64,000 nucleotides of DNA, taken from contig CACIQL010000004.1 in the NCBI GenBank assembly GCA_902588785.1, forward strand, positions 9,726 to 73,725, given 5' to 3'. Shown here piece after piece: positions 1 through 8,478 of the stretch. The translations under genes were made by a program, and so were the position numbers. The stretch's first letter is position 1; every line of letters begins with the position of its first letter. Under the pieces are notes generated by a model, which searched no databases, was not told where the DNA came from, and saw only the letters and a list, made by a program, of their open reading frames with translations. Origin of the DNA: an uncultured Pelagibacteraceae bacterium. Lineage in GTDB: Bacteria > Pseudomonadota > Alphaproteobacteria > Pelagibacterales > AG-422-B15.

Positions 1-1598
1 TCTGTTTTTAAACTAGTTTTTTGAATGATTATAACAGAAATTGTTGGTACCAAAAGAGTGAGAAGAGTTACAACAATCAATAAAATACCAAGGTCAGAAT
101 AATCAGCTATGGAGAGTATCTCATTTGTGACCTTATCCTTGACTTCCCTCGTTACTTCGTAAATTTGATTGAGATACTTTGTAAGCAACGCACTTGCGGA
201 TAGAGCTAAATTTGTGAACGATGCAAATACAGCAAAAAATGTAGCCTTTAGATGAGCTGGAGCATTTCTTGCGATCCACGCAAGAAGTGGAATCATTGAA
301 ACTTGTCCCAAGGGTGATTCTAAAGCTGTATTAAATATTGCGATAAACCGTGCATCTACAACATCGTTTGTTAATGATGAAGTCCATTCATGAAATCCAT
401 AATACATGCCAATACTTGGCAAAAATAATATTGCTCCAGCAATTGATAATATCACTATAATTTTTGCAATTGAGTTGTTGACCATAAAAGGCCTTAAAAT
501 AATGATGCCAAGTAAAGTCAAACAGGAGGCAAGAAGAGAAAGGACAGAAAAGAACTGCTCATCAAATCCTAAATTATCAATCTCAAACCAGGTAAGTCCT
601 GGTCCTGGGCCTGGCATGGCTCTGAAAATAAATATTATAATTGCAGTTCCCAAAATTGTGAGTCGCATCGACTCAGGAAGTTCATGCATTAGTTTAGCCA
701 TCAGAAAAAATATAATACTTACTGATCCAAAGAATACGATCTCTTGTGCATAAGGAAGATTAAATCCTCCCACGCTAAGTGTAAAAATTACAAAAACGAG
801 AGAGCCTCCAAGTATCCACCAATCAACCTTAGTTTTTTCAATTTCGATTTGATGATCTATTCCCAACTTAGAAAGTTGATCGTTTTTTTTCTTTTTTAAA
901 TAAATTGAAAGCAATACCCCTAATACTGATATGATCGGAATGATCAATGCGAAAAGATAAATATTCCCGTACAAAATTATTTTTTCTTGTTCTGTTTCAG
1001 CCTCAACACTACTGAAAATAACAACATTAATTAATGCAACAATTACTGTACCACCAATAATAGCAAATCTACCAAGTGTCTGCATGGTGGTATGCATATT
1101 TTTTATTACATCAGTTGAGTATTGGTTTCCTTTAGGATCTATGCTTGGAACTGCTTCAACCGTCATTGCATCAGCAACAACGTCTTGAACCACATAACCT
1201 ATTGGGGCTAAGAGAACGCTAATAACATACCAAGTTTCAACACTTAAGTACCTTACCATGAAGTCAGTATGAATAATAAGGCTGTACATGATAGCAAGAC
1301 TTAAAGCAATGAGTGATGCGCCCACATAAACAAGATAATTTTTTCTTTCCCAGATTATGTCAACTAAATGACCAAGTGGCATCTTTAATGCCCATGGAAT
1401 TCCTGCCCAAAAACCAAGCCCTGCTAAAAAAGCAGCCGAAAGATTTAGATAATCTTTTACAAAAAAGGTTCCAACGATTCCGGTTAAACCTGAAACTCCA
1501 GCAGCAACATATATCATCAAAGGCGGTAGATAACTTAATTTAAATTGCCTTCCTAAATCAATAAATGTGCTGTCTATGAACGCATAAAATTTACTCAT
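1..1598 (-). CDS. BT1-family (folate/biopterin transporter-like) MFS permease, 3' end runs off the window
   Basis: Not in the ORF track. ATG at 1598, reads MSKFYAFIDSTFIDLGRQFKLSYLPPLMIYVAAG...PWALKMPLGHLVD...QDVVADAMTVE with many hydrophobic segments; the same frame reads ...IIQKTSLKT at the window edge. Motifs resemble the BT1 family. Confidence 0.7.
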   Translation of the reverse strand, partial: MSKFYAFIDSTFIDLGRQFKLSYLPPLMIYVAAGVSGLTGIVGTFFVKDYLNLSAAFLAGLGFWAGIPWALKMPLGHLVDIIWERKNYLVYVGASLIALSLAIMYSLIIHTDFMVRYLSVETWYVISVLLAPIGYVVQDVVADAMTVEAVPSIDPKGNQYSTDVIKNMHTTMQTLGRFAIIGGTVIVALINVVIFSSVEAETEQEKIILYGNIYLFALIIPIISVLGVLLSIYLKKKKNDQLSKLGIDHQIEIEKTKVDWWILGGSLVFVIFTLSVGGFNLPYAQEIVFFGSVSIIFFLMAKLMHELPESMRLTILGTAIIIFIFRAMPGPGPGLTWFEIDNLGFDEQFFSVLSLLASCLTLLGIIILRPFMVNNSIAKIIVILSIAGAILFLPSIGMYYGFHEWTSSLTNDVVDARFIAIFNTALESPLGQVSMIPLLAWIARNAPAHLKATFFAVFASFTNLALSASALLTKYLNQIYEVTREVKDKVTNEILSIADYSDLGILLIVVTLLTLLVPTISVIIIQKTSLKT

Positions 1599-1614
1599 TC
1601 TGTAATTATACAGA

Positions 1615-2175
1615 TTAAGATTTTTCTAACAACTCAGGGCTATTGTTACGAGGACTATTAACATTTTTTGAGACTTCATAAACTTGAACTTGATCGTCTT
1701 TTTTTCTCTCAATTTTATGCTTTCCTTCTATCCATTCAGTTATTTGAGATTCGTCTAAGAGCAAAGGTTGTCTATGATGTACATGAGAAACAGCTTCACT
1801 TGACTGACAAGTTACGACTGCACATCCACTATTCAAATTATAAATACCAGCAAAATATAGTAATTCTTTTTCAATATAATGGAAAAAAGGGGTTTTAGAG
1901 TTATTTTGCCTCTGCCATTCATACCAACCATTTGCAAGAAAAACACATCTAAGTGATCCCTTAAAAGAAGGCTTTTCTAATAATGTTTCGTGACGACAAT
2001 TAATCAAGTTCATATCGTCTTTCCATTTTGGTGAATATGACCATTTCATAAAAGTAGGATCTGGTTTTATAACCAATACATCTTGTGACGGAGCTATGTT
2101 ATATGAAGGCGATAATTCAATATTAAATTTTTCTTTAATAACTTTTTTGTCGGAGAGAACGAAACGCCCACACAT
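1615..2175 (-). CDS. SOS response-associated peptidase (SRAP/HMCES/YedK family, abasic-site protection)
   Basis: N-terminal MCGRF, YNIAPSQ, GWYEW, HHRQP and VNSPRN motifs. Confidence 0.92.
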   Translation of the reverse strand: MCGRFVLSDKKVIKEKFNIELSPSYNIAPSQDVLVIKPDPTFMKWSYSPKWKDDMNLINCRHETLLEKPSFKGSLRCVFLANGWYEWQRQNNSKTPFFHYIEKELLYFAGIYNLNSGCAVVTCQSSEAVSHVHHRQPLLLDESQITEWIEGKHKIERKKDDQVQVYEVSKNVNSPRNNSPELLEKS

Positions 2176-2177
2176 CG

Positions 2178-2723
2178 TTAAACAATGAGTTCGTTAATTA
2201 ATTTGAGTCGGTCTTGAGATTTTTTACTTGTTGGAATAATTTCTAGAATTCTTTTATAAGTTGCTGCAGCTCCCAAAAGATCATCTTGAATTAAATAGAT
2301 TTCTGCAAGACCATCAAGTGCTCCAAAGTGTCTTGGTTCTAATTCAAGAGTTTTTTGGATATCAGAAATTGAAGCCTCTAAATCACCTTTTAAAAAAAGA
2401 ACAGTAGCTCTTTTGTTCCAACCTTCTGCAAAATCAGGTTTAAGATCAATTACCTGTGTAAACAAAGTCATTGCTTCTTCTAAACTTCCACGATCCATCA
2501 TGCTGTTGCCTTCATCGAATATTTTTTGTGCTTCAACATTTTCTGCAATAGACCATATATCCCAAATGTCAGCTAAGATAGTGCTGGCTTGCATATTGTC
2601 ATTACTTAAAAATAACTCATCAAACAAACTGTTCAGTCGGCTATCTTTTTGATCAGCCAATACAAAAGATGAACTTAAAAGCAACAGTATAAAAATAATT
2701 TTTTTCAATCTAAATCTTTCCAA
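2178..2723 (-). CDS. Exported TPR-repeat protein (probable true start is TTG at 2708)
   Basis: Signal-like KKIIFILLLLSSSFVLA; TPR motifs PDFAEGWNKRATV and LEPRHFGALDGLA. Confidence 0.85.
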   Translation of the reverse strand: MERFRLKKIIFILLLLSSSFVLADQKDSRLNSLFDELFLSNDNMQASTILADIWDIWSIAENVEAQKIFDEGNSMMDRGSLEEAMTLFTQVIDLKPDFAEGWNKRATVLFLKGDLEASISDIQKTLELEPRHFGALDGLAEIYLIQDDLLGAAATYKRILEIIPTSKKSQDRLKLINELIV

Positions 2724-4018
2724 AAGGCTTTATATTTTTTGCTATTAGCAGAGTCGTCTCTAAAATGATCGAGAAATGCTTTAAAAAGTCCAAGCTTTGT
2801 ATCAACCTCATTACCGTCAGCGATTTTTAATATTTGTCGATAACACCAATAAACTTGAGCAGCTTTATTATTAGATCGCATAAGTGATATCGGGCTATTT
2901 AAGCCAAGAATCCACGGACCAAATTCCAACATGTTTTCATATAGAGTTGCTGATTTTTTTTCACCATTTATTAATTCATTTACAATATCAGGCTCAGAGC
3001 AAAGTGGTCTTCCCAAACCAATTACATCACAAGCACCACTTTGAAGAGCATGATTCATCCCCTCAGTAGAACGAAATCCCCCAGTGACTGCCAGGGGAAT
3101 TGATATAACTTCTTTTATTGCTTCAGCATATTTCAAGAAATAAGCTTCTCTTACTTTTGTGCTGCGCTGAGGTTTGATTGTTTTTGCTTTTTTAAGGTTC
3201 AATGAGTCAATTTCTAAGGCAGTAAAATTTTCATAAGTTCCACCTGAAATCTCAAGTAAATCTAATGATGTATTATTTAATATTTTAGCAACTTCAATAC
3301 TTTCTTCGTGAGAAAATCCCCCTTTTTGAAAATCACTTGAATTAAGTTTTATTGAAATAGGAAAATTGCTTCCAACTTTTTCTCGGATAGCCTCGATTGT
3401 AGTTATAAGTAATTTTGATCTATTTTCTATACTGCCTCCCCACTCATCAGTTCGTTGATTAACGTTTGGTGATAAAAATTCTGAAAGAAGATAACCGTGA
3501 GCTGAATGAAGTTGAACACCAGTGAACCCTGTTTGCTTTGCAACCTCAGCCGCATTAACAAACTGATCAACTATTTTTAAAATTTCGGAATGGCTAAGCT
3601 CTTTTGGTACTCCAAATTTTAGTATTCCTCCCAGTGTTGGCAAAGGTTGAACTGAGGGTGCCCTACTCTCTTTGTTAATACTAAATGGCGTCTGCCTACC
3701 GGCATGGCTTAATTGCATCCATAGGTGAGTGTTATTTTGAGTTCCAGACTTAGACCAGTCTGCTAAAGCTGCCAAACTTTCATTAGATTGCTTTCCTTCA
3801 ATTACAACATTGCCAGCTCGTTCAATATATCGATGATCAACTTGAACATTTCCTGTAACTGATATTCCTATTCCTCCCCTAGCCCATCTAGAATAAAGCC
3901 TGTTATGTCTTTTATTTGCAATCGCGTCACTATCAGCAAGTCCTTCTGTCATGGCTGATTTTAGAAATCTATTTTTTATTTCCACTCCACAAGGTAGAGA
4001 TAATTTTTGATCAATCAT
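2705..4018 (-). CDS. NADH:flavin oxidoreductase / old yellow enzyme family
   Basis: KNRFLKSAMTE, QLSHAGRQ, GVQLHSAHGYLLSEFLSP, NQRTDEWGGS, TGGFR and GLGRP motifs. Confidence 0.92.
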   Translation of the reverse strand: MIDQKLSLPCGVEIKNRFLKSAMTEGLADSDAIANKRHNRLYSRWARGGIGISVTGNVQVDHRYIERAGNVVIEGKQSNESLAALADWSKSGTQNNTHLWMQLSHAGRQTPFSINKESRAPSVQPLPTLGGILKFGVPKELSHSEILKIVDQFVNAAEVAKQTGFTGVQLHSAHGYLLSEFLSPNVNQRTDEWGGSIENRSKLLITTIEAIREKVGSNFPISIKLNSSDFQKGGFSHEESIEVAKILNNTSLDLLEISGGTYENFTALEIDSLNLKKAKTIKPQRSTKVREAYFLKYAEAIKEVISIPLAVTGGFRSTEGMNHALQSGACDVIGLGRPLCSEPDIVNELINGEKKSATLYENMLEFGPWILGLNSPISLMRSNNKAAQVYWCYRQILKIADGNEVDTKLGLFKAFLDHFRDDSANSKKYKAFWKDLD

Positions 4019-4023
4019 TAGTT

Positions 4024-4872
4024 TTATACTCCATATGCTGCAATTGTCGTTCTGTGCAATAAGCGATCTTGACCTTCATAGCCGCCCGTTGCTCGGTGTA
4101 ATACACTTCTATTGTCCCACATAATCAACATATCTTTTTTCCATTTGTGCTGATAAACAAATTCATCTTTGCACTGCCATGCACTCAACTCCATAAGAAG
4201 TTTCATGGCTTCTTGATTTTCCATACCTTCAATTCCTATGATATAACCAATCGTCCCATAAATTCCTTCTTTTTTTGTTTCGGGATGCTCTTTAATAATT
4301 GGATGAACTTGCTTAGCGAACGCTTCCTCTGACGCTCTTATATCCATACTTCTACCCATTTCTCTATCCTTTTCGCCGTAACCACCTCCAGGTGAGTAAG
4401 GCACAAGCGCTGAATGAATTGCTTTCTTACCCTCTAACTTACTTCTTAACTCTGATGGCATTTTTTCTAATGCTAAATGTTGATTAGCAAATAACGTGTC
4501 ACCACCTTCATAAGGAATTATTTTTCCAAATAAACATGTGCCTGCAGGTGGGTTTTTTTGAAAACTCCAATCAGTATGCCAATTATCTGCAAAGATTGGA
4601 ACTTTTTCATCAGCTAATCTTTTTACAGCAATTATATTTTCTCTACCAGGAATCGGAGCAATAAATGGGTCATCGCCAAATGATCCAAAATTGAGAGTGA
4701 AACGCTCAAGATCATCATCACTCATAGGTTGATCTGGAAAACTTAATACATGGTGCAATAACCAAGCATCTCTAATCCACTTAACCTCTTTCTTAGATAA
4801 TTCTTTTGTTAAATCAACACCAGTAACTTCTGCTCCACAAGCCTGGTCAGAAATTTTTACATTAAATGCCAT
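4024..4872 (-). CDS. TauD/TfdA family Fe(II)/2-oxoglutarate dioxygenase
   Basis: GAEVTGVDL, WHTDWSF (HxD), GGDTLFAN, WDNRSVLHRA and LHRTT motifs. Confidence 0.92.
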   Translation of the reverse strand: MAFNVKISDQACGAEVTGVDLTKELSKKEVKWIRDAWLLHHVLSFPDQPMSDDDLERFTLNFGSFGDDPFIAPIPGRENIIAVKRLADEKVPIFADNWHTDWSFQKNPPAGTCLFGKIIPYEGGDTLFANQHLALEKMPSELRSKLEGKKAIHSALVPYSPGGGYGEKDREMGRSMDIRASEEAFAKQVHPIIKEHPETKKEGIYGTIGYIIGIEGMENQEAMKLLMELSAWQCKDEFVYQHKWKKDMLIMWDNRSVLHRATGGYEGQDRLLHRTTIAAYGV

Positions 4873-4916
4873 GGGATTATCGTATAGGAAAATTAAAAAG
4901 TAATTAATTAAAAAAA

Positions 4917-5888
4917 TTACTTAATAAAATCCCTCATATCTTTAGCTAATTGAGCTGGTATTTCCATAGGTGGCATGTGACCAACTTCAGGATAAGAAAT
5001 TAACTTTACATTCGGTATTTGTTCAACAAAGTGATCGGTAAATCTTATATCAACTAGATTGTCTTCTTCGCCGTGAAGTATTAAAGATGGAATAGAAATA
5101 TTTTTTAAATCAGAGGGATTTGCTATAAAATCATTTTCATGATCTTCTACAAGCATTCCAATTGCTAATCTTGTTCCTTCCATCAAAATAATATCATGAA
5201 ACTGATCAACAAGTTCATCTGTAACTATTGATTGATCGTAAACTGTTTTTGACACACCTTCTTTAACAAGCAAACGTGGAGTGACATATTCTAATGCTCT
5301 TCTAAAAAATTTTGACTCAATAATTTCAAATGCGGCTGGCGGAGCATTAACAGACTGAAAATCCTTATACTCTTCCTCATTAGCTATAAATGGTGAACCA
5401 ATGATGATAAGACCGTTTAATTGGTCTAAATGCTCTAACGCATATCTCCATGCAATCATTCCACCCATCGAGTGACCAACAAAGTAGAATTTATTAACTC
5501 CTAATAACTGCACTACCTCACGTATAACTTTTTCAAAGCCTTCGTGAGAGTATAGATCTGACTTGACTGCCCCAGTAAGTCCATGAGCTGGAAGATCTAG
5601 TGAAATAACTCTGTAGTTATCGGTTAAGAATGGGACCATAGGTTCATAATTAAATAATGATCCATTAAAACCATGTATGAGAAGGATAACCTTACCTTTT
5701 TTATTTCCCTCATCTCTGTAATGAATCAAGGAACCATCTGAAAGTCTCAGAAATTCTGAGGCTTCATTTGAATGCTTTGAAATAATTTTTTCTTTTGGAA
5801 TATCAAAATATACTGAGTTGTAAGATACAATAAATATTAATAATAAAAAAAATAAACTAAAATATTTAAAAAATTTTCTCAAAAGCAT
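4917..5888 (-). CDS. Membrane-anchored alpha/beta hydrolase (lipase/esterase-like)
   Basis: N-terminal hydrophobic anchor, HGF oxyanion motif, GHSMGG nucleophile elbow, GEED and GHMP catalytic Asp/His regions. Confidence 0.9.
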   Translation of the reverse strand: MLLRKFFKYFSLFFLLLIFIVSYNSVYFDIPKEKIISKHSNEASEFLRLSDGSLIHYRDEGNKKGKVILLIHGFNGSLFNYEPMVPFLTDNYRVISLDLPAHGLTGAVKSDLYSHEGFEKVIREVVQLLGVNKFYFVGHSMGGMIAWRYALEHLDQLNGLIIIGSPFIANEEEYKDFQSVNAPPAAFEIIESKFFRRALEYVTPRLLVKEGVSKTVYDQSIVTDELVDQFHDIILMEGTRLAIGMLVEDHENDFIANPSDLKNISIPSLILHGEEDNLVDIRFTDHFVEQIPNVKLISYPEVGHMPPMEIPAQLAKDMRDFIK

Positions 5889-5918
5889 ATCATTTTATCA
5901 AATATATATTTTATCAAC

Positions 5919-7241
5919 TTAACAACCCAGTAAAGAAATTAATTGTTCTGCTCTAGCCTCAGCTACATTTAAATAAGTTGCATTAGTATTATAATTTAAT
6001 CCTGATAAACCATACTCACGAAGCATTGAAATCATTTCAGTATATATACTATTTAAATTTGGATCAGGGTTAAGTAAAAAGCAAGATTTTGCATAGCTCA
6101 CTCTATCCAACGCATTATCAACTTGAGAGTTGCTCATGCCATCCAATGCATCGTAATTAGACTCACGCTCAGCTCTTTTTTTACGCTCATTCTCTCTTTT
6201 AGCTACCTGCTCAGGAGAATTATACCATAAATTGTATTTTTCCTGTTCTTCGTTATTTTTTAATTCATCAAGTTTGGCTTCATACGATTTTTTTAGCATC
6301 TTAATACTCAATTCATTTTCATCATTAATGATGGCTTGTTTATTTTCTAATTTTTCAATTATTTGTAATTTTTTAGATATCTCTGCATTTATTTTATCAA
6401 TTTTACTCTCAACTGTATTTCTGATTCCTTTATTGATAGAGTCAACAATTTGTTCCTGCAAGTTAAATAATTCTTTGTACTTATCCATTTTTAATTCAAT
6501 TGCAAACCTGTTACTTTCGTAACATTCGTTACTTTCAAATAAAATATTATTTCTAAATTTACTCCAAACTTCTCCATTATTTCTATTAATTTTATACGTT
6601 ATTTCATTATTCAAATAAAATTGAAATTCATCGATTGTATTTTTCAGTTTTAATTTAGTTTGAAATATTGCATTTCTTTCTCCAGAATATTTTTTATCAA
6701 AACGTTTGTCCTTAAAAAGAGGTCCTGTAACATAAGTATATATTGCCTCACTTGATGATAGAAACTCAAAAGATGATGCTGTCACTAAAACTATCGGCTC
6801 TTTGCTTCCATTTATTGTAATTTGTCCATCCTTAATTAGACCACGACAGACAATTGCGAATTCGTTTGGATACGAGTCATAGTAAGTGTCAATTCTCGGA
6901 CTTTCTTTATTGATTGGACGTAACTCACCTTTTTTTACAAAAGTTTTTTGTTCATTTTCAATATTTAAATCTGATTTTTGTTTCTTTAAATTTTCTATTC
7001 TATTTTCTTCGTATTCATATTCTTCACCATTTAAAAGTAGTAAATTCATTGAGTTTGAATTTGTTCTTTCTATTGAACTTGCATACCAGTTTAATAATTC
7101 CATCTCTTTTACTGCATATTTTTCGGTGATACTAGCAAGTCCTTCTTCCAAGGATGTATCGGCGTTGCTAATGCATGTGAGTAGTATATAGATTAAGACA
7201 TATCTAACCGTCTTACATATGAAATTAAAGCATTTTGACAT
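5919..7241 (-). CDS. Hypothetical exported protein with long coiled-coil segments
   Basis: 440-aa ORF, signal-peptide-like N-terminus, E/K-rich helical stretches, no motif recognised. Confidence 0.7.
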   Translation of the reverse strand: MSKCFNFICKTVRYVLIYILLTCISNADTSLEEGLASITEKYAVKEMELLNWYASSIERTNSNSMNLLLLNGEEYEYEENRIENLKKQKSDLNIENEQKTFVKKGELRPINKESPRIDTYYDSYPNEFAIVCRGLIKDGQITINGSKEPIVLVTASSFEFLSSSEAIYTYVTGPLFKDKRFDKKYSGERNAIFQTKLKLKNTIDEFQFYLNNEITYKINRNNGEVWSKFRNNILFESNECYESNRFAIELKMDKYKELFNLQEQIVDSINKGIRNTVESKIDKINAEISKKLQIIEKLENKQAIINDENELSIKMLKKSYEAKLDELKNNEEQEKYNLWYNSPEQVAKRENERKKRAERESNYDALDGMSNSQVDNALDRVSYAKSCFLLNPDPNLNSIYTEMISMLREYGLSGLNYNTNATYLNVAEARAEQLISLLGC

Positions 7242-7257
7242 AAAAGTTTATTAACTT

Positions 7258-7303
7258 TGGTGGGCCCACTAGGACTCGAACCTAGGACAACTCCGTTATG
7301 AGC
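7258..7303 (-). repeat. Duplicated 3' half of tRNA(CAT), att-like direct repeat
   Basis: TGGTGGGCCCACTAGGACTCGAACCTAGGACAACTCCGTTATGAGC is identical to 8479-8524 (48 bp with flanking TT). Identity begins at the anticodon loop and includes the CCA end. Confidence 0.97.
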
Positions 7304-7374
7304 TATGAGCTTTAACCTTTAAGTTAGGTTATGTAACAAATTTTATTCTGTAAATATATAGTTTTAGACAATAA

Positions 7375-7392
7375 ATACGACATAATGACGAC
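7375..7392 (+). repeat. Arm-type-like repeats, left end of cassette
   Basis: ATACGAC at 7375-7381 and TAATGACGAC at 7383-7392; the same words recur at 8401-8461. Confidence 0.55.
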
Positions 7393-7451
7393 AAATATTA
7401 ATATCTTTTTTTCCTTAATTTTGGCTTAGTATTAAAAAAAAGGAGATTAAT

Positions 7452-8387
7452 ATGAAAAGAAATTTATGTATGATTGTATTATTTTTATCTTTTACGATCA
7501 CTGTTTCAAAAGCTACTACACTAATTGAAATTAATGCTAATGGTGATGATTGGGATATAAATCAAGTAAATATAACGACTGATGTAAAAACACTTTTAGG
7601 TTCAGGAACTTGCGTATCTGGTGTTCAACCTGGTAACTCGTTTATCGATAATTATACGAATGAAGTATTCATAAGTTGCGGTGACAATAGTTTCAGGAAA
7701 TTTAATTTAGGCAATAATTCTGAAGAAACTGTAGCAATAAATACTTCCGACTCGAGCGCCACAATTGTTGCATCATCGTGGGATGGTGAAACTACAATAA
7801 GAAAGGAAAGTGATGGAAGCGTGCATATAGGTGAAAATTCTCTAGTTACTAGGGAAGTAGGTGGGCGACAACTATTATACGCCACTAACTCAAGCGGAAA
7901 TAGAATTGATATCAATATTCCATCTGGAACGAATCTATTGATAGATGGAGAAGATGTAATGGGAAAAATCGATAGTTCAGTTGCACTGGGCGCTGCATTT
8001 GCTTCACTTCCAACAGGAGCTGAAGGTGCAGGCTATACGTGTGGACTTGGAACTGGATTTCATGACAGTGCATCTGCAATTTCTGGTGGATGCGGTTTTG
8101 ATTTTGCCAACTATTCATTTGTCGACTCTATGCCTAAATTGTTTCAGAAGGCATCATTTAACTTTGGCGCAGCATCAGTCGTTTACGGAGAAGGTGACGA
8201 CGCAACTCTTAAAGCTGGCATAACATTTAAGTTCGGAGCTCCAAAGCCTGTTAGAGAAGCTAAAGATAACAACTTATTACTAGAGAATAAAATTGATGCA
8301 GTGATGGCTGAAAATGATTTATTGAAAGCTCAAATAGCAGAAATCAATACGCAGCTTAAGACGTTAAATATGTTGGCAATGAATTAA
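7452..8387 (+). CDS. Secreted protein with YadA-like (trimeric autotransporter) anchor and C-terminal coiled coil
   Basis: AGGAG RBS at 7441; signal peptide; IDSSVALGAAFASLP...GLGTGFHDSASAISGG...LKAGITFKF resembles a YadA anchor; heptad tail LENKIDAVMAENDLLKAQIAEINTQL. Confidence 0.65.
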   Translation: MKRNLCMIVLFLSFTITVSKATTLIEINANGDDWDINQVNITTDVKTLLGSGTCVSGVQPGNSFIDNYTNEVFISCGDNSFRKFNLGNNSEETVAINTSDSSATIVASSWDGETTIRKESDGSVHIGENSLVTREVGGRQLLYATNSSGNRIDINIPSGTNLLIDGEDVMGKIDSSVALGAAFASLPTGAEGAGYTCGLGTGFHDSASAISGGCGFDFANYSFVDSMPKLFQKASFNFGAASVVYGEGDDATLKAGITFKFGAPKPVREAKDNNLLLENKIDAVMAENDLLKAQIAEINTQLKTLNMLAMN

Positions 8388-8400
8388 GTTTTTTCCTTTT

Positions 8401-8475
8401 TAATGACGACCAGATGACGATGTGATCTCGTTTCGAAAGATAAAAGTTGAGAATATACGACTTAAGTCATTGAAT
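8401..8475 (+). repeat. Arm-type-like repeats and IHF-like site, right end of cassette
   Basis: TAATGACGAC 8401-8410, ATGACGA 8414-8420, ATACGAC 8455-8461. The reverse strand of 8463-8475 reads ATTCAATGACTTA, one mismatch to WATCAAN4TTR. Confidence 0.55.
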
Positions 8476-8478
8476 TTT

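Noticed and set aside
406-1543. Plus-strand ORFs 406-753 and 1313-1543
   Set aside because: Antisense shadows of the long BT1-like transporter on the minus strand.
5892-5917. ATTTTATCAA repeated twice between the hydrolase and the 440-aa gene, as a possible second island boundary
   Set aside because: Short, very AT-rich, and unrelated to the tRNA or the cassette-end motifs.
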